The position numbers and the translations under genes were made by a program. From positions 310,001 to 374,000 of the forward strand of contig NW_003314295.1 of the NCBI RefSeq assembly GCF_000143415.4: a DNA stretch of 64,000 nt, read 5' to 3'. Source of the stretch: Selaginella moellendorffii. Its lineage: Eukaryota; Plantae; Lycopodiophyta. The notes under the pieces were generated by a model. The model was not told where the DNA came from. It made no database searches and saw only the letters and a program-made list of their open reading frames with translations. The stretch's first letter is position 1. Each line of letters begins with the position of its first letter. This document shows positions 1 through 12,085 of the stretch, one piece after another.

Positions 1-808
1 GCGGCGCACAGGGCCTCCGTCTCGCCGCCGCCGCCGCCGGACTCGCGCGTGATCGCCTCGACCACTTTGGAGCCGAAGTGGAAGACGCGGGTGTCCAGCT
101 CCGACGCCTTGATGCTCAAGTTGGTGTGCGCGAATGGCTGCGGGAGCTGGACGTCGGCCGAGGTGACGTCGACGCTGGACGTGGGACGTGACGAGAGCTT
201 GCCTTGCTTCCGGTGAGCCTCACCCCAGAGCTTCACCAGCAGGTCCATGGACATGAAGTCGGCGAGAATGTGGCACCAACTTAGTCCGAGAGCGAGGCCT
301 CCGCCGCGGAACAGAGTATACTGCAAGAAGGGATTGGTTTCGTGTTGCTTTCTCCGGAGGCACACAAACTTACCTGGATGGCGAGCAGCGGAGAGACGCT
401 GTAGTCGGAGATTCGGACCTCCGGAAGAAGCTGCTGCCGGTTGGATCCGTCCTTTTCCGCCTCGAGCCACTCCCGGAGGCTCGAGTCGCAGGTTGCTTCC
501 ACGACTCGGATGCCGGCATCGTTGCTCTTGATTCCCAGGTTGCCGTTGTCCAGCACCCGCAGCCTCCCGCTCACGGAGGGGAAAAGATCGAGAACTTCGG
601 CCAGGGAGAAGTTGAGCTCCTCTCTTTCGACTTCCCAGGGAGAGGAAGTAGGTACCTTGTCGAAGTAGATGACAGTGTGGAGGTAGAAGTTGCCGAGGAT
701 GCTGTCGAGCTTGGAGACGGGGTGGATTGCGAGCTGGGAGGGATGAATTGAAACCACGGTCTTGACTCCATGAATTGTGACTTGGTGGTGGTGCTGCTGC
801 TTCAACAT
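1..808 (-). CDS. BAHD acyltransferase (CER2/CER26-like appearance); 3' end runs off the window
   Basis: Exon 1 (808-374) has SLAEVLDLFPSVSGRLR and PLLAIQ. Intron 373-321 is GT..AG. Exon 2 reads YTLFRGGGLALGLSWCHILADFMS, containing the HxxxD motif. Confidence 0.88.
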
Positions 809-1867
809 TGCTGGAACAGGCCTGTGGATTTGCCTGCACAGACGACGAGATATCCGGACTAAGTCGCTACTCGGGACTCGGGATTTGTACCTTTCCTGGA
901 GGTGAGAGTGGTGGTGGTCTTTTTTTTTTTTCTTTCTTTTCGCTTTTGGGAAGTACTCAGGAATCGTTTTCCTCCAGGCACGTCCTTGATTCGATCCCAG
1001 CGCTGCTGCTGCTACTCCCCTGCGCTCCTCTGGTGGAGTTTGAAGAAGAGATAAGCAAGCGTTGTGGAGGTAAATTCAAGGGAGTGATGGGGAAAGGAAA
1101 AGAGGGAGAGTGGTGGATTTGGCCGCGAATGCTAAGCACGGGGTCCTTATAATGCCCCTCTTCTCTCTCGTTAAGTTCTTTTCCTCGCTCCACTCACTTT
1201 GCAATCAATTGCAGGCACCAAAGCTGGCTGGCCATGGCTGGTGGGGCTCATCAAAGTGTGTTGGAGAAGACAGGCAAAAGAGAAGATGGATGGGGGCCAA
1301 AAGAGAAAGAAAAAAAGTTTAGAACAAGCCAGCAGCACTGAGCAACAGCACCAACACACACTACTACTTACACGGCCAGCGAAGTCAATGGGTGGAATTA
1401 ATGTGAGGGGATTGATTCGCTCATCGTCTTCTCCCCAGGAATTTCTTATAAGCGCGACGACCTGCGTTTGTTCGTAGTTGGTGGTGTTGTTGCGCGGGCA
1501 TTGAATGCCACAAAGGGATCTTCGCGTTGACTTCTCCGTCAATGGTGGTCAAAATTGGTCAATGCCCTAGCCCCGAGTAATTTCTCGTGGACGCGTTGAC
1601 TCCTCTGGTCAATTCTTGTCAAACAAGGTCGCGTGACTGTGTGATTTGTTTGTTTTTTGCCCTCTTTAAAGGTGGTGGTGTGGCGTGGTTGGGCTTTGCT
1701 GGCTGGTGGCCAGCGTTTTTAATGCTTTGGGCAAATTCTCTTCTTTCCGTTCTTTCCTATGGTTGGTAGCAGTTTGAAACTTTCGCGCGGTAGCGTGTCC
1801 ATTTCAAAAATTTAAAAGATGCCATCGGCATCGCCGGCTAGGGCAGAACTTAGGGCTCTTGCGCGCG

Positions 1868-3011
1868 ATGAGCTGGAGGTGCCACGGCAGGAGCAACGAG
1901 GAGCTGATCGCAAACCTCCAGAGTATGTCAGCTGTCAGATCGCCCCGCATTGCGCTTGTTTGGAGCTGTTTCATGTGAGATCGCTGGCTTTGTTTTGTCG
2001 CAGAGAATGGAATCCTGAGCTCTGCCGCCGCGACTGACGCGATGGCGAGGATCGACAGAGCGTTTTTCGTGCCGCGGGGAGGATCGCCGTATCAAGATGC
2101 GCCCCAGCCGATTGGTATGGACAGTGCTTAAATTTCTTTTGTTTGCTTGCTCGTTTGAGAGTAGAGGATAATTGTCTTTGCTTTTGTTTTTGTGGGGACT
2201 TATGTTTTTTCTCGTAGAAGGCTTGTCACTCTTTGTTTTTCGCAGGGCACGGCGCGACAATCTCAGCTCCACACATGGTAAGAAACACGTTTTAGTAGCA
2301 AGCAGGAGTGAAAGTGTTTCTGGCAGCATGGTTACTGCGTATCCATGCTCGCGGATCATCTCAAACCGGGAATGGCAGTGCTTGATGTTGGATCCGGCTC
2401 CGGCTACTTGACTGCGGTCTTCGCGTTGATGGTGAGTCTGAACGAACTGATGAGCTCAGTTTTTATTGTGTGTGTGTTCTTGAAGGTTGGACAAACTGGA
2501 AAAGCTGTGGGAATTGAGCACATCCCCGAGCTTGTGGAGTCGTCTATAAAAAACATCAGAAGAACACCAGCGGTGTCGCTTCTTGACGCTGGAGCTCTGT
2601 CCGTCCACGGTATGCATTGTCTTCTTCTGTGCTGATTCACTCTGATGCGGTGCGCTGTGTGTAAAAGCTGGAGATGGCAAGCTTGGCTTTCCGGCTTGTT
2701 CACCTTACGATGCAATTCATGTTGGAGCGGCAGCTGCTGGTAATATTCGAGTCTCTCTTTGGCTTTTACCGCTTTTGTTAACTCTTGTATTGCTGGCTGC
2801 CAGAAATGCCGCAAGCGCTTGTAGACCAGCTCAAACCCGGTGGCCGTATGGTGATTCCAGTAGGACGCTTCTTACAGGTAAGTGGTTGTTTCTAGTAAAT
2901 TTTATACGCAACCAGATGTTAATGCAGGATCTAGTTGTCATAGACAAACTTTCAGACGGGTCCATTAAAAAACGAACTGAGATGGGTGTAAGCTACGTGC
3001 CTCTCGTGTGA
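1868..3011 (+). CDS. PIMT: Protein-L-isoaspartate O-methyltransferase, multi-exon
   Basis: Spliced translation [17 protein letters not shown]...[19 protein letters not shown]...[12 protein letters not shown]...GIEHIPEL...[11 protein letters not shown]...[13 protein letters not shown]...YVPLV*. Confidence 0.92.
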
Positions 3012-3586
3012 TTTAAATGCCGAAATGCAATAGAGGGCGAGAGTGGCCAAAAGATCGGAATAATGGTAAAAGCTTACGATCGTTGTCATTCTATTACGAC
3101 AATCGGGACCAGCTTGTATGGTTTTTCTGAGATTTGGGTCCACTGTTGCTTCCAAGTAAGTTGCGTGTTTCTGTCAAGTGGTCGTCGACATCTTCTAGCC
3201 ACAGAGCTAAGTGTTTTTATCGTTGTTTTCAATTGTTTTGCGCTAATTAATATTCGTCTTCTTGTTGCTGTCACAGATCTGGTGAGTGCTAGCCGAGCAG
3301 ATCACTTGGAAACCTTAGAATACCATGGCAGTGAAAGGCATCTTTTGCTGGTACGATGTTGAACTTTCGTGAAGAAAGTGTGAGCCACAGAGCATTGGCC
3401 GACGTAATTTCATGTCACGCTAGAGCTATGGAGAAGGCCCAGCCGTCGACAGCCGTCGAGATGATCCATTGGAGAAATGATGGTATCAGCAGCGGACCTA
3501 CCAGTCCAACAAGGCGGATTATGCAAAACCAGGATTGTGTCCTTGGATGAAGCCAAGTTTTACCAGCAAAGAAACCAGCACTAGGA

Positions 3587-6500
3587 ATGACGACGTGTGC
3601 GTCGCCGATTGCCAAAGATGTCCGTATGACTGCTTGCACGGCTTCTCTGAGTTCAGAAGATATAAGGCGTGCTTTTGGGATTGGAGATGAACTTTTCTTA
3701 GCAAAGATGCAGAGAAGCACGTCAAGCCGGCTCAGCGATGCGTTCTCTAGCACCGGCTCGTTCCACAGGGATTTGGATGATGGGGAGTTGCTGATATGGG
3801 CTGCTCTCGAGAGGCTGCCTACAGTTGAGCGTGCAAGGAAGGGGATTTTGCTCAGTGACAATGCAGCAAAGAATGGCTGTGCTGCTGATACTCAGGCTGA
3901 AGTTGACGTTTCGAAGCTGGATGTGCAAGACAGGCGGAGGATTTTGTCCAGGCTTATTCCGACTGCCGAAGAGGATAACGAGCGTCTACTGTTGAGACTT
4001 CGTGATCGCATCAACAGGTAAGTTTAGACTTCACAGTGTGTTATCTCAGGTGTGCTTTACGATTCCCAGGGTCCGCATTGATCTCCCCAAGATCGAGGTG
4101 AGGTTTGAGCACTTAAATGTGCAAGCGAAGGTCCACGTGGGAAGCAGGGCTCTTCCAACGCCTATTAACTTCATCAACAACTCGGCCGAGGTGCTCTTTT
4201 CATAAACGTTCTCCTGTTGTTGTATCGACAAACTTTGCAGAGTCTGCTCAGCGCGCTGCACCTGCCTTCCTCTAACAAGAGGACTCTCACAATACTACGA
4301 GATACCAGCGGGATCATCAAACCTTCCAGGTGAAAAGTTACCGAGTTCGTTTCCTTTATTAAATTGTTCTTTCCACAGATTGACGCTACTCCTTGGACCA
4401 CCCGGATCTGGAAAGACGACGCTTTTATTGGCTCTGGCAGGAAAACTGAACAAGGATTTACAAGTATGCATGAGACAAGGACGAGACATAAAAGTACTTG
4501 TTTTATCAGGTCACCGGGAATGTCACATACAATGGACATCAAATGGACGAGTTTGTTCCGCAAAGGACTGCTGCGTACATCAGTCAAAGCGATCTACACA
4601 GCGGGCAAATGACTGTCAGGGAAACTCTTGATTTCTCCGCTTGCTGCCAAGGGGTTGGTAGCAAATACGGTAACGGGTAATATCGGTGAGTGTTTTATAT
4701 ATTGATGTTTCGTTGTGGCAGAAATGCTTTCTGAACTTCTGAGGAGGGAAAAGGCGCTTGGAATCAAACCGGATGCGGACATTGACGTTTTCATGAAAGT
4801 AATATTTTTTGTTTCGTATGTTTACGACTCTTGCTGATGGATTTTTGGATTTCTCAGGCAACTTCGTTGCAGGGTCAGCAGACGAACCTTGTGACTGATT
4901 ACGTGATGAAGGTGTGTGAGCATCTGCTTACTTGCAACCGTGACTAATTGTATGTGTGTCCTGACAGATACTTGACCTTGAAAATTGCTCTGATGTCATT
5001 GTTGGAGACGAGATGCATCGAGGAATCTCCGGCGGTCAGAAGAAAAGGGTGACAACAGGTTCAGCTGTCAGATTCTTTGTATAGTCACCTTCTGATTTTG
5101 CTACAGGTGAAATGCTGGTTGGCCCTGCGAAAGCGTTGTTTATGGATGAAATTTCCACGGGCCTGGATAGTTCCACGGCGTTTCAAGTTGTTCAGTGTTT
5201 GAGACAGTTCGTGCATGTGATGGATGCCACTCTACTGATCTCTCTGCTTCAGCCTGCACCCGAAACATTTGGCCAGTTTGACGACGTTATATTGTTATCA
5301 GAGGGACGGATCGTTTATCATGGACCTCGTGAACTGGTTTTAGAGTTTTTTGAATCGCAAGGCTTCAAGTGTCCTAAGAGAAAAGGTGTTGCTGACTTCC
5401 TTCAAGAGGTAAACCAGTTTCACATCAAACGGCTTGATTTTAATGTTGTTGATACGCAGGTAACATCGAGGAAAGATCAAGCTCAATATTGGACTGGTAC
5501 AAGAGCTTACAGCTACGTTTCAGTTGACGACTTTCAGAGGGCTTTTGAGGGCTTTTCGGCTGGCCAGAAGCTTGCTGAAGAACTTGAGAAACCATTCGAC
5601 AAAGCCAGCAGTCATCCTGCCGCTCTTGTGACACAAAGATATGCCCTGAGCAGCTGGGGATTATTTCGGGCTTGTCTTGCAAAAGAAGTGCTGCTCATAA
5701 AGCGGAACGCCTTCGTTTATGTTTTCGCAGTGTTCCAGGTAACCTCTTTCTCTATCATCTGCATACTTACAGTTTGCCATGACAGATTTTAATTACTGCT
5801 GCTATCGCCATGACCGTATTTATAAGAACTGAAATGAAGCACCAAACCGTAGACGATGGAGTTGTCTTCCTTGGAGCTATGTTTTTTGCCTTGCTGACGG
5901 GCATGTTTAACGGGTTTGCTGACTTAGCCATGACCATCTTCAGGCTTCCAGTTTTCTACAAGCAAAGGGATTCGTTGTTCTATCCTGCATGGGCGTATGC
6001 TTGGCCCATGATTATTACCAGACTTCCTATTTCATTAATTGAAGCGGGAGCATGGGTAATACTTACGTACTGGGTGATAGGATTTGCACCGCAATGGAGC
6101 AGGTATAAGCCAGTTATTATTTATCTAACTTTGATCTTCGTTTTTCAGATTTTTTGGACAAGTGTTAATATTTTTTGTTGTCAATCAAATGGCTCAAGGT
6201 CTTTTTAGATTGATTGCTGCTTTGGGACGGACGATGGTTATAGCAAATACCTTCGGGGCTTTTGCTATACTCGTCATTATTTGTCTGGGGGGATTCGTTA
6301 TAAGCAGAGGTAATGTTTACTATTTCTCTATATGCCATAAATCTCGTTTTGTATGCAGAGGACATACATCCGTGGTGGATATGGGGATACTGGACTTCTC
6401 CTCTAATGTATGGGCAAAATGCGATTGCGGTGAACGAGTTTCTTGCACCCAGATGGCAAAAGGTAGCAACTTTACGCGCTAGAAAATTATGGCAAACTGA

Positions 6501-9236
6501 TCGACTGATAAGTTTGTTTCAGCCATCGAACTTTTCCAGCACAGTTGGAGAAGCTATACTATTAACACGTGGACTATTTCCAAAGTGGTACTGGTACTGG
6601 ATCGGTGTCGGAGCAGTCACTGGATTTGCCACTCTGTTCAATATTGGATTTATTCTGGCAATGACTTACCTGAACCGTAAGCAGCTGTTTTAAGCGTTCC
6701 AATGTGTTCTCATTCAAGTTCTGTTAGCTATTGGCAAGTCACAAGCCATTGTTCCTAAGGACATGTTAAATGAACGATCATCAGACGCTCCACGCATATA
6801 TTTACAACAAGTGGATTCGTCAAAGCCTGATAGTCTACGTGATATCGAAGAAGGTAACATGTGTTTCGCTTCTTCTTCTTCTTTTTTTTCTAATTCTTAC
6901 TCTTCTATGTGAATGTTTTTACAGGTATTGAATTGCAATCACGAGAAAGTGGCAGGCTCAAAACTTATTTGAAGGGGATGGTGTTACCATTTCAACCTTT
7001 ATCGCTAGCGTTTAATCATATCAGCTATTTTGTTGATATGCCTCCTGTAAGCAGCCATCACACTGCTAGACACATCAAGTAAATGACCGTTTGCAATTGC
7101 AGGAGATGAAACATCAAGGCAACAAACTACAGCTTCTTCAAGACATTAGTGGTGTTTTCCGGCCTGCAATTCTCACAGCCCTTCTTGGCGTAAGTGGCGC
7201 AGGAAAAACAACGCTAATGGACGTTTTGGCCGGTAGGAAAACCGGTGGATACATTGAAGGGGAAATTATAGTAGCGGGTCGCCCAAAAAAGCAGGAAACA
7301 TTTGCTCGGGTCTCAGGATACTGCGAACAGAATGATATCCATTCTCCAAATTTGACTGTGGAGGAATCCTTGATCTTTTCAGCGTGGATGCGTTTGTCGG
7401 AAAAGGTTGACAGATCCACTCGAGCGGTAAGTTGCAGTTCTTGCGCTTTGAGAAGTACTCAACTACATACACTGTACAGATGTTTGTTGAAGAAGTTCTG
7501 GAGCTTGTCGAGCTTGCATCTCTAAGAGGTGCTTTAGTTGGAGTGCCCGGAGTTACTGGGCTATCCGTTGAGCAAAGGAAGCGCTTGACTGTTGCTGTGG
7601 AGCTGGTTGCTAATCCTTCGATAATTTTCATGGACGAGCCTACGTCAGGCTTAGATGCACGAGCTGCTGCAATTGTCATGCGAACAGTTCGAAACACCGT
7701 TAACACAGGACGAACCGTAGTTTGCACTATACATCAGCCCAGCATAGATATATTCGAAGCCTTTGACGAGGTAAGCCTTTGCTCATTCTTTTCTCGCTCT
7801 CTGATCGTGGTTTATGGCAGCTCTTCTTGATGAAACGAGGTGGACAATTAATTTATGCAGGTCCCCTTGGTAAATTTTCTGCTGAAGCCATCCATTACTT
7901 TGAGGTACCTTGGGCGCATCTGTTTTTTTTATAGTGATAACCGTCTTGTTCACAGGGTGTTCCTGGCGTACCAAAAATCAAAGATGGTCACAACCCTGCT
8001 ACCTGGATATTGGAAGTAACGTCTCAAATGTCTGAAGCTCGTCTCGAAATCGATTTTGCAGAAGTTTACAGGAAGTCATCTCTATGCGAGTAGGTTATAT
8101 TTAATTCTGTGCGAGCCACTTAACTGTGTTTATGCAGACAAAATGAGGCTCTTATCAGGGAGACAATTCAGAGCTCGAAAGACACTCCGGAGCTGCACTT
8201 CCCGACGAAATATCCTCAGGCATTTATCTCACAGTGTGCGATTTGCCTTTGGAAGCAACATCTATCATACTGGCGAAATCCTCAGTACTGCGTGATTCGT
8301 ATGTTTTTTACGGCCGTGTCAGCTGTATTGTTTGGTGGAATTTTCTGGGACCTTGGAACCCGAAGGTATTATTAGTCGTGCTTCCTTGAAACCAAATTGT
8401 AACAACGGACTTATTTGTATGCCGCAGAAGCAAGCAGCAAGATTTGTTTAACTTGATTGGCGTTCTCTATTCAGCAGTTCTTTTCCTGGGTGTAAACAAC
8501 GCATCCACGGTTCAACCGGTTGTGGCAACGGAGCGTACTGCGTATTACCGCGAAAGAGCTGCCGGAATGTATTCTGCGCTTCCCTACGCTTTTGCTCAGG
8601 TAACGAGATTCTTTTTTCCTTCTGTGGTCAAGACGATCATTCCTTTTGTCCAGGTGCTTGTGGAAGTTCCATATGCTCTGGTTCAAACTCTTCTTTATGG
8701 CTCCATTACGTACTCCATGATTGGATTCGAATGGAGCATCGTCAAAGTGTCCTACTTTTTCTTCTTCACATTCTCGGGACTTCTTTACTACACGCTCTAT
8801 GGGATGATGGCTGTTGCATTGACTCCAAACGAGCAGATCGCAGCAGTTGTCTCGGCATTTTTCTTCGGAGTTTGGAACCTTTTCGCGGGCTTCATCATAC
8901 CATACAAGGTTCGTGGATCCTTCCGTTCAAGCGTTTCTGCTCTTAGCTTGGCTGTTTTGGCTGCAGAGAATTCCCGTGTGGTGGAGATGGTACTACTGGG
9001 CAAATCCGGTGGCATGGACCGTCTACGGCCTGTTTACTTCGCAGCTTGGCGACGTCGACACACTCCTGGCAATCCCAGACCAGCCTCCGAAGACGGTGAG
9101 GCAGTTCATGAAGGATCACTTCAACTTCGAGCTCTCATTTGTAAGCCGAGCAGCCGCCATGCAAGTCGTCTTCATCGCTACCTTTGCTCTCGTCTTTGCG
9201 GTGTGCATCAAGCATTTGAACTTTCAGAGGCGCTGA
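3587..9236 (+). CDS. Full-size ABCG (PDR) transporter, about 24 exons
   Basis: [93 protein letters not shown]-terminus LNFQRR*. Start codon uncertain. Confidence 0.95.
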
Positions 9237-11077
9237 CCTTCTTTCGAAGCTGAGAGAACTATTTGTGATTCTTGGCACCATTTTACAGTGCACTGCTTCG
9301 GAGAAGTGTTTGAAGAGCACACAAACTTGGTAAGTAGTGTTCTTTGCTCGTATCCTTGACTAACTTCAGAAATTTTGCAGCTTCGTTACCGTTCATAGTA
9401 TAGACATGTCTAGCAGAGACTCAGTCATGGGAGCTGTAGGTTCAATACTAAGGACATGCTGCACTAATACCAGGCCCTCCATAGAAGAAGCTATTCTTCC
9501 CGTTTCTGAAGACTACTTCTCCTATCTTGTAACAGGAAGAAGATTCGTGCTTTTCTCCCAGATTCCCGAGCGGCTCAAAGTACAAGGTCCCGCCATTCAC
9601 CGAAACTTTGAATAGATTTCGATGGAAGGCAGCGTTTCCGAAACCGGCTGCTGGAAACTCGCCACTCCCCATCTGCGTAGTAGCATGGCGATCAATTTGC
9701 GATGTTGTTCCAAAGTTTGGATCTTCCTCACTCTTTTGTAGTAGACTTCGCCACCAAACTGAGCGACCCGCTGGCGAGATTTGGAATCAAAGAAGAAGGC
9801 CAGTAGCCAATGGTCTGTCCGCCAACTTGAAGCCACCACGCCTTCGTCGAGGGCCCCTGCATCAATCCCGTGAACACCTCTCCCCCTCCTCTTTTGTTCT
9901 AACCTGGAACAGAGTGAACGTGATATCATATTGAGCTCCTCCTCGCTGAGAGTATGGCGCTAGAACGCCTCCAAGCGCGACGCTGCTGCTCACTTGGACA
10001 AATCCAGGGGGACAACCAAGTTATAGCAACCAGTTGATTTGTAGCCATCCCAGTAAATGAACAAGTGGGCTCCTCGCTCCCACCGTATAAACGAGGATAC
10101 ACCTTAAGCATCAATGCATGTTAGCGTGTATATCATTGAAAAGCTGGCGGGCTTGGTTTACGTACATGCCACCCAGCTTCGATTGTGCTTCCCATCCCGT
10201 CCGCCAGCCAAAGCTGAGAGAGGGTGAAGGAGCTTTCAGGAGTTTCAATATTTGGTTTCCAGATGCTCGTGCTCGTCGATCATATTAACGATACACGGCA
10301 TGCTACAAAATGTGCAAAGTCAATTTACCAAAACGAAAAACTCATGGAACCTCGTGGATTTCCCGCGCTTGTTGCAATTTGGCACTGGGACGTTCGAATT
10401 TTGTGGCATTTTTCTTGAGCACGCGAATTGGTATTTCTCCTGGCTGACACTTTGGAGGTGGACTGCTGGTATTCATTGCAACTAAAGGTATTAGACTATA
10501 GAACAGGCATTCTATGCCAAACGCCGCACCTGTATTGTCCGAGTGCTTCCTTGCAAGGAGATTTGTGTGTTGGTTTTCACGCACTTGATAGAGTCTCCGT
10601 TTGCGAACTGAGGACGCCCCTTGTTAGATTGTGCACTACTGAAAATTCTCCTCAAAGGACTCAACCGTAAAACTAAAAGCCTCGTTGCTCAGCGTTCCAC
10701 CACTCCATGCACTCCAGAAGCATCCCAAGCTCCGTCTGCACCGAGTTTGATTTTATGACGCTGTCCAAGTGCGTTATTACCTGTATAAGCATTGTGAAGA
10801 CCTCTTTCAAAAAAATTTTAAATCCCAATAAAGTTAGCATATTCTATGTATAGCCGTTCATATTCTATGTATATGCTTAATTTCAAAAGAATTGTAAGAA
10901 CTCTGCTTGGTCTTCCCTCTTCCTTCTTTGTAATGCCCGTGACTATATAGAGCCCGGGCAGGAAACTTATGGAGTTCGTTCAGGAATGTCGACAAGAAAA
11001 CGACGAGTAAGTCGCTTGTAAGTTGAGCTTGATTGTGATCAATGTCTGGATCCCAGGTATAACGAACGAGGAGAGGT

Positions 11078-12046
11078 ATGGAGCAGCACAAGCAAGCTCT
11101 ACTCTGGGCGCTGCTCCTCATTCTCGCCAGCGGTCTCATTCTCACTGCCGTGGGCCTCACCAAGAACCTGACGCTGCTGCTCAACAATTACCCAAACTTC
11201 AAGCGCTTCAACACGCTGCTCACCACTAGCGGCGTGGTCGACCAGGTCAATCCCATGCTCACCGCCACCCTCTTCATCCCGGAGAACAACACGCTCCTCA
11301 ACGACTTCATCTACGACATGGGCAAGCACCCCAGCGAGGAGAAGCTGGCGGACCTGGTGCGCTACCACATCTCCGACTTCTACATCGAGTCCGAGTTCCT
11401 GGCGGTGCGCCGCAACTTCTCATCGCCCATCAAGACACTCTTCCGGGAGCGCCCCTACGAGGAGACGCTCCACTTCCGCTGGCTGCAGCTCAACGTCGAC
11501 AACCACGGCGTTGCCACGCTCTCCAGACCGCCACACCAGTCGCCGCCGCTGGCTACCATCCTCCGGAACGTCGTCCAGGAGCCCTTCTCCATCACGGTCT
11601 ATGCCATCGACCGGGTGCTGGAGCCGGAGGGCTTCCTTCCGCCACCGCCGCCACCGCCACCTTCACCGCCGCCACCATCACCGCCGCCGCCTCCGCCTCC
11701 ACCCCCGTCGCCACCACCACCACCACCACCTTCACCACCTCCTCCTTCGCCACCGCCGCCACCCTCACCACCTCCTCCTTCGCCACCGCCACCGCCCTCA
11801 CCGCCTCCTCCTTCGCCGCCACCCCCACCTTCACCGCCACCACCTTCGCCACCCCCGCCACCTTCACCACCACCGCCGCCACCACCGTCGCCGCCTCCGC
11901 CACACCCGCCGGCCCCACCTGCCTTTCTTCCAGAGAGTGAGGATGGCATTCCGCCGCCACAGTCTCTGGCCATGCAAAGATTCCATAGAAGTGTTCTCGC
12001 CTCCACATTAGTGTCTCTTTTGGCGATGCTGCTACTCAAATTTTGA
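11078..12046 (+). CDS. Secreted fasciclin (FAS1) domain + Ser-Pro(n) extensin-like repeat protein, probable GPI anchor
   Basis: N-terminal hydrophobic signal. FAS1 motifs H1 (TLFIPEN), YH (VRYHI) and H2 (VYAIDRVLEP). About 95 aa of SP3-SP8 repeats, then a hydrophobic C-terminal tail. Intronless. Confidence 0.85.
   Translation: MEQHKQALLWALLLILASGLILTAVGLTKNLTLLLNNYPNFKRFNTLLTTSGVVDQVNPMLTATLFIPENNTLLNDFIYDMGKHPSEEKLADLVRYHISDFYIESEFLAVRRNFSSPIKTLFRERPYEETLHFRWLQLNVDNHGVATLSRPPHQSPPLATILRNVVQEPFSITVYAIDRVLEPEGFLPPPPPPPPSPPPPSPPPPPPPPPSPPPPPPPSPPPPSPPPPPSPPPPSPPPPPSPPPPSPPPPPSPPPPSPPPPPSPPPPPPPSPPPPHPPAPPAFLPESEDGIPPPQSLAMQRFHRSVLASTLVSLLAMLLLKF
11636..11920 (+). repeat. CCN-rich coding repeat encoding Ser-Pro(n)
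   Basis: Runs of ccg/cca/cct punctuated by tca/tcg. Confidence 0.9.
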
Positions 12047-12085
12047 TCGAAGAATGGAATAAAACTATGTTTGAAAATATCGTTA

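Noticed and set aside
10002-10034. IQGDNQVIAT resembles motif C of mononegavirus L polymerases (possible endogenous viral element)
   Set aside because: There is no motif B (GGxEGxxQKxW) upstream, stops lie on both sides and an intron-like acceptor precedes it. Probably chance; a TBLASTN with L proteins would settle it.
11511-12039. Gly-rich, His/Arg-rich and Val/Ala-rich ORFs
   Set aside because: Alternative-frame and antisense shadows of the Ser-Pro repeat.
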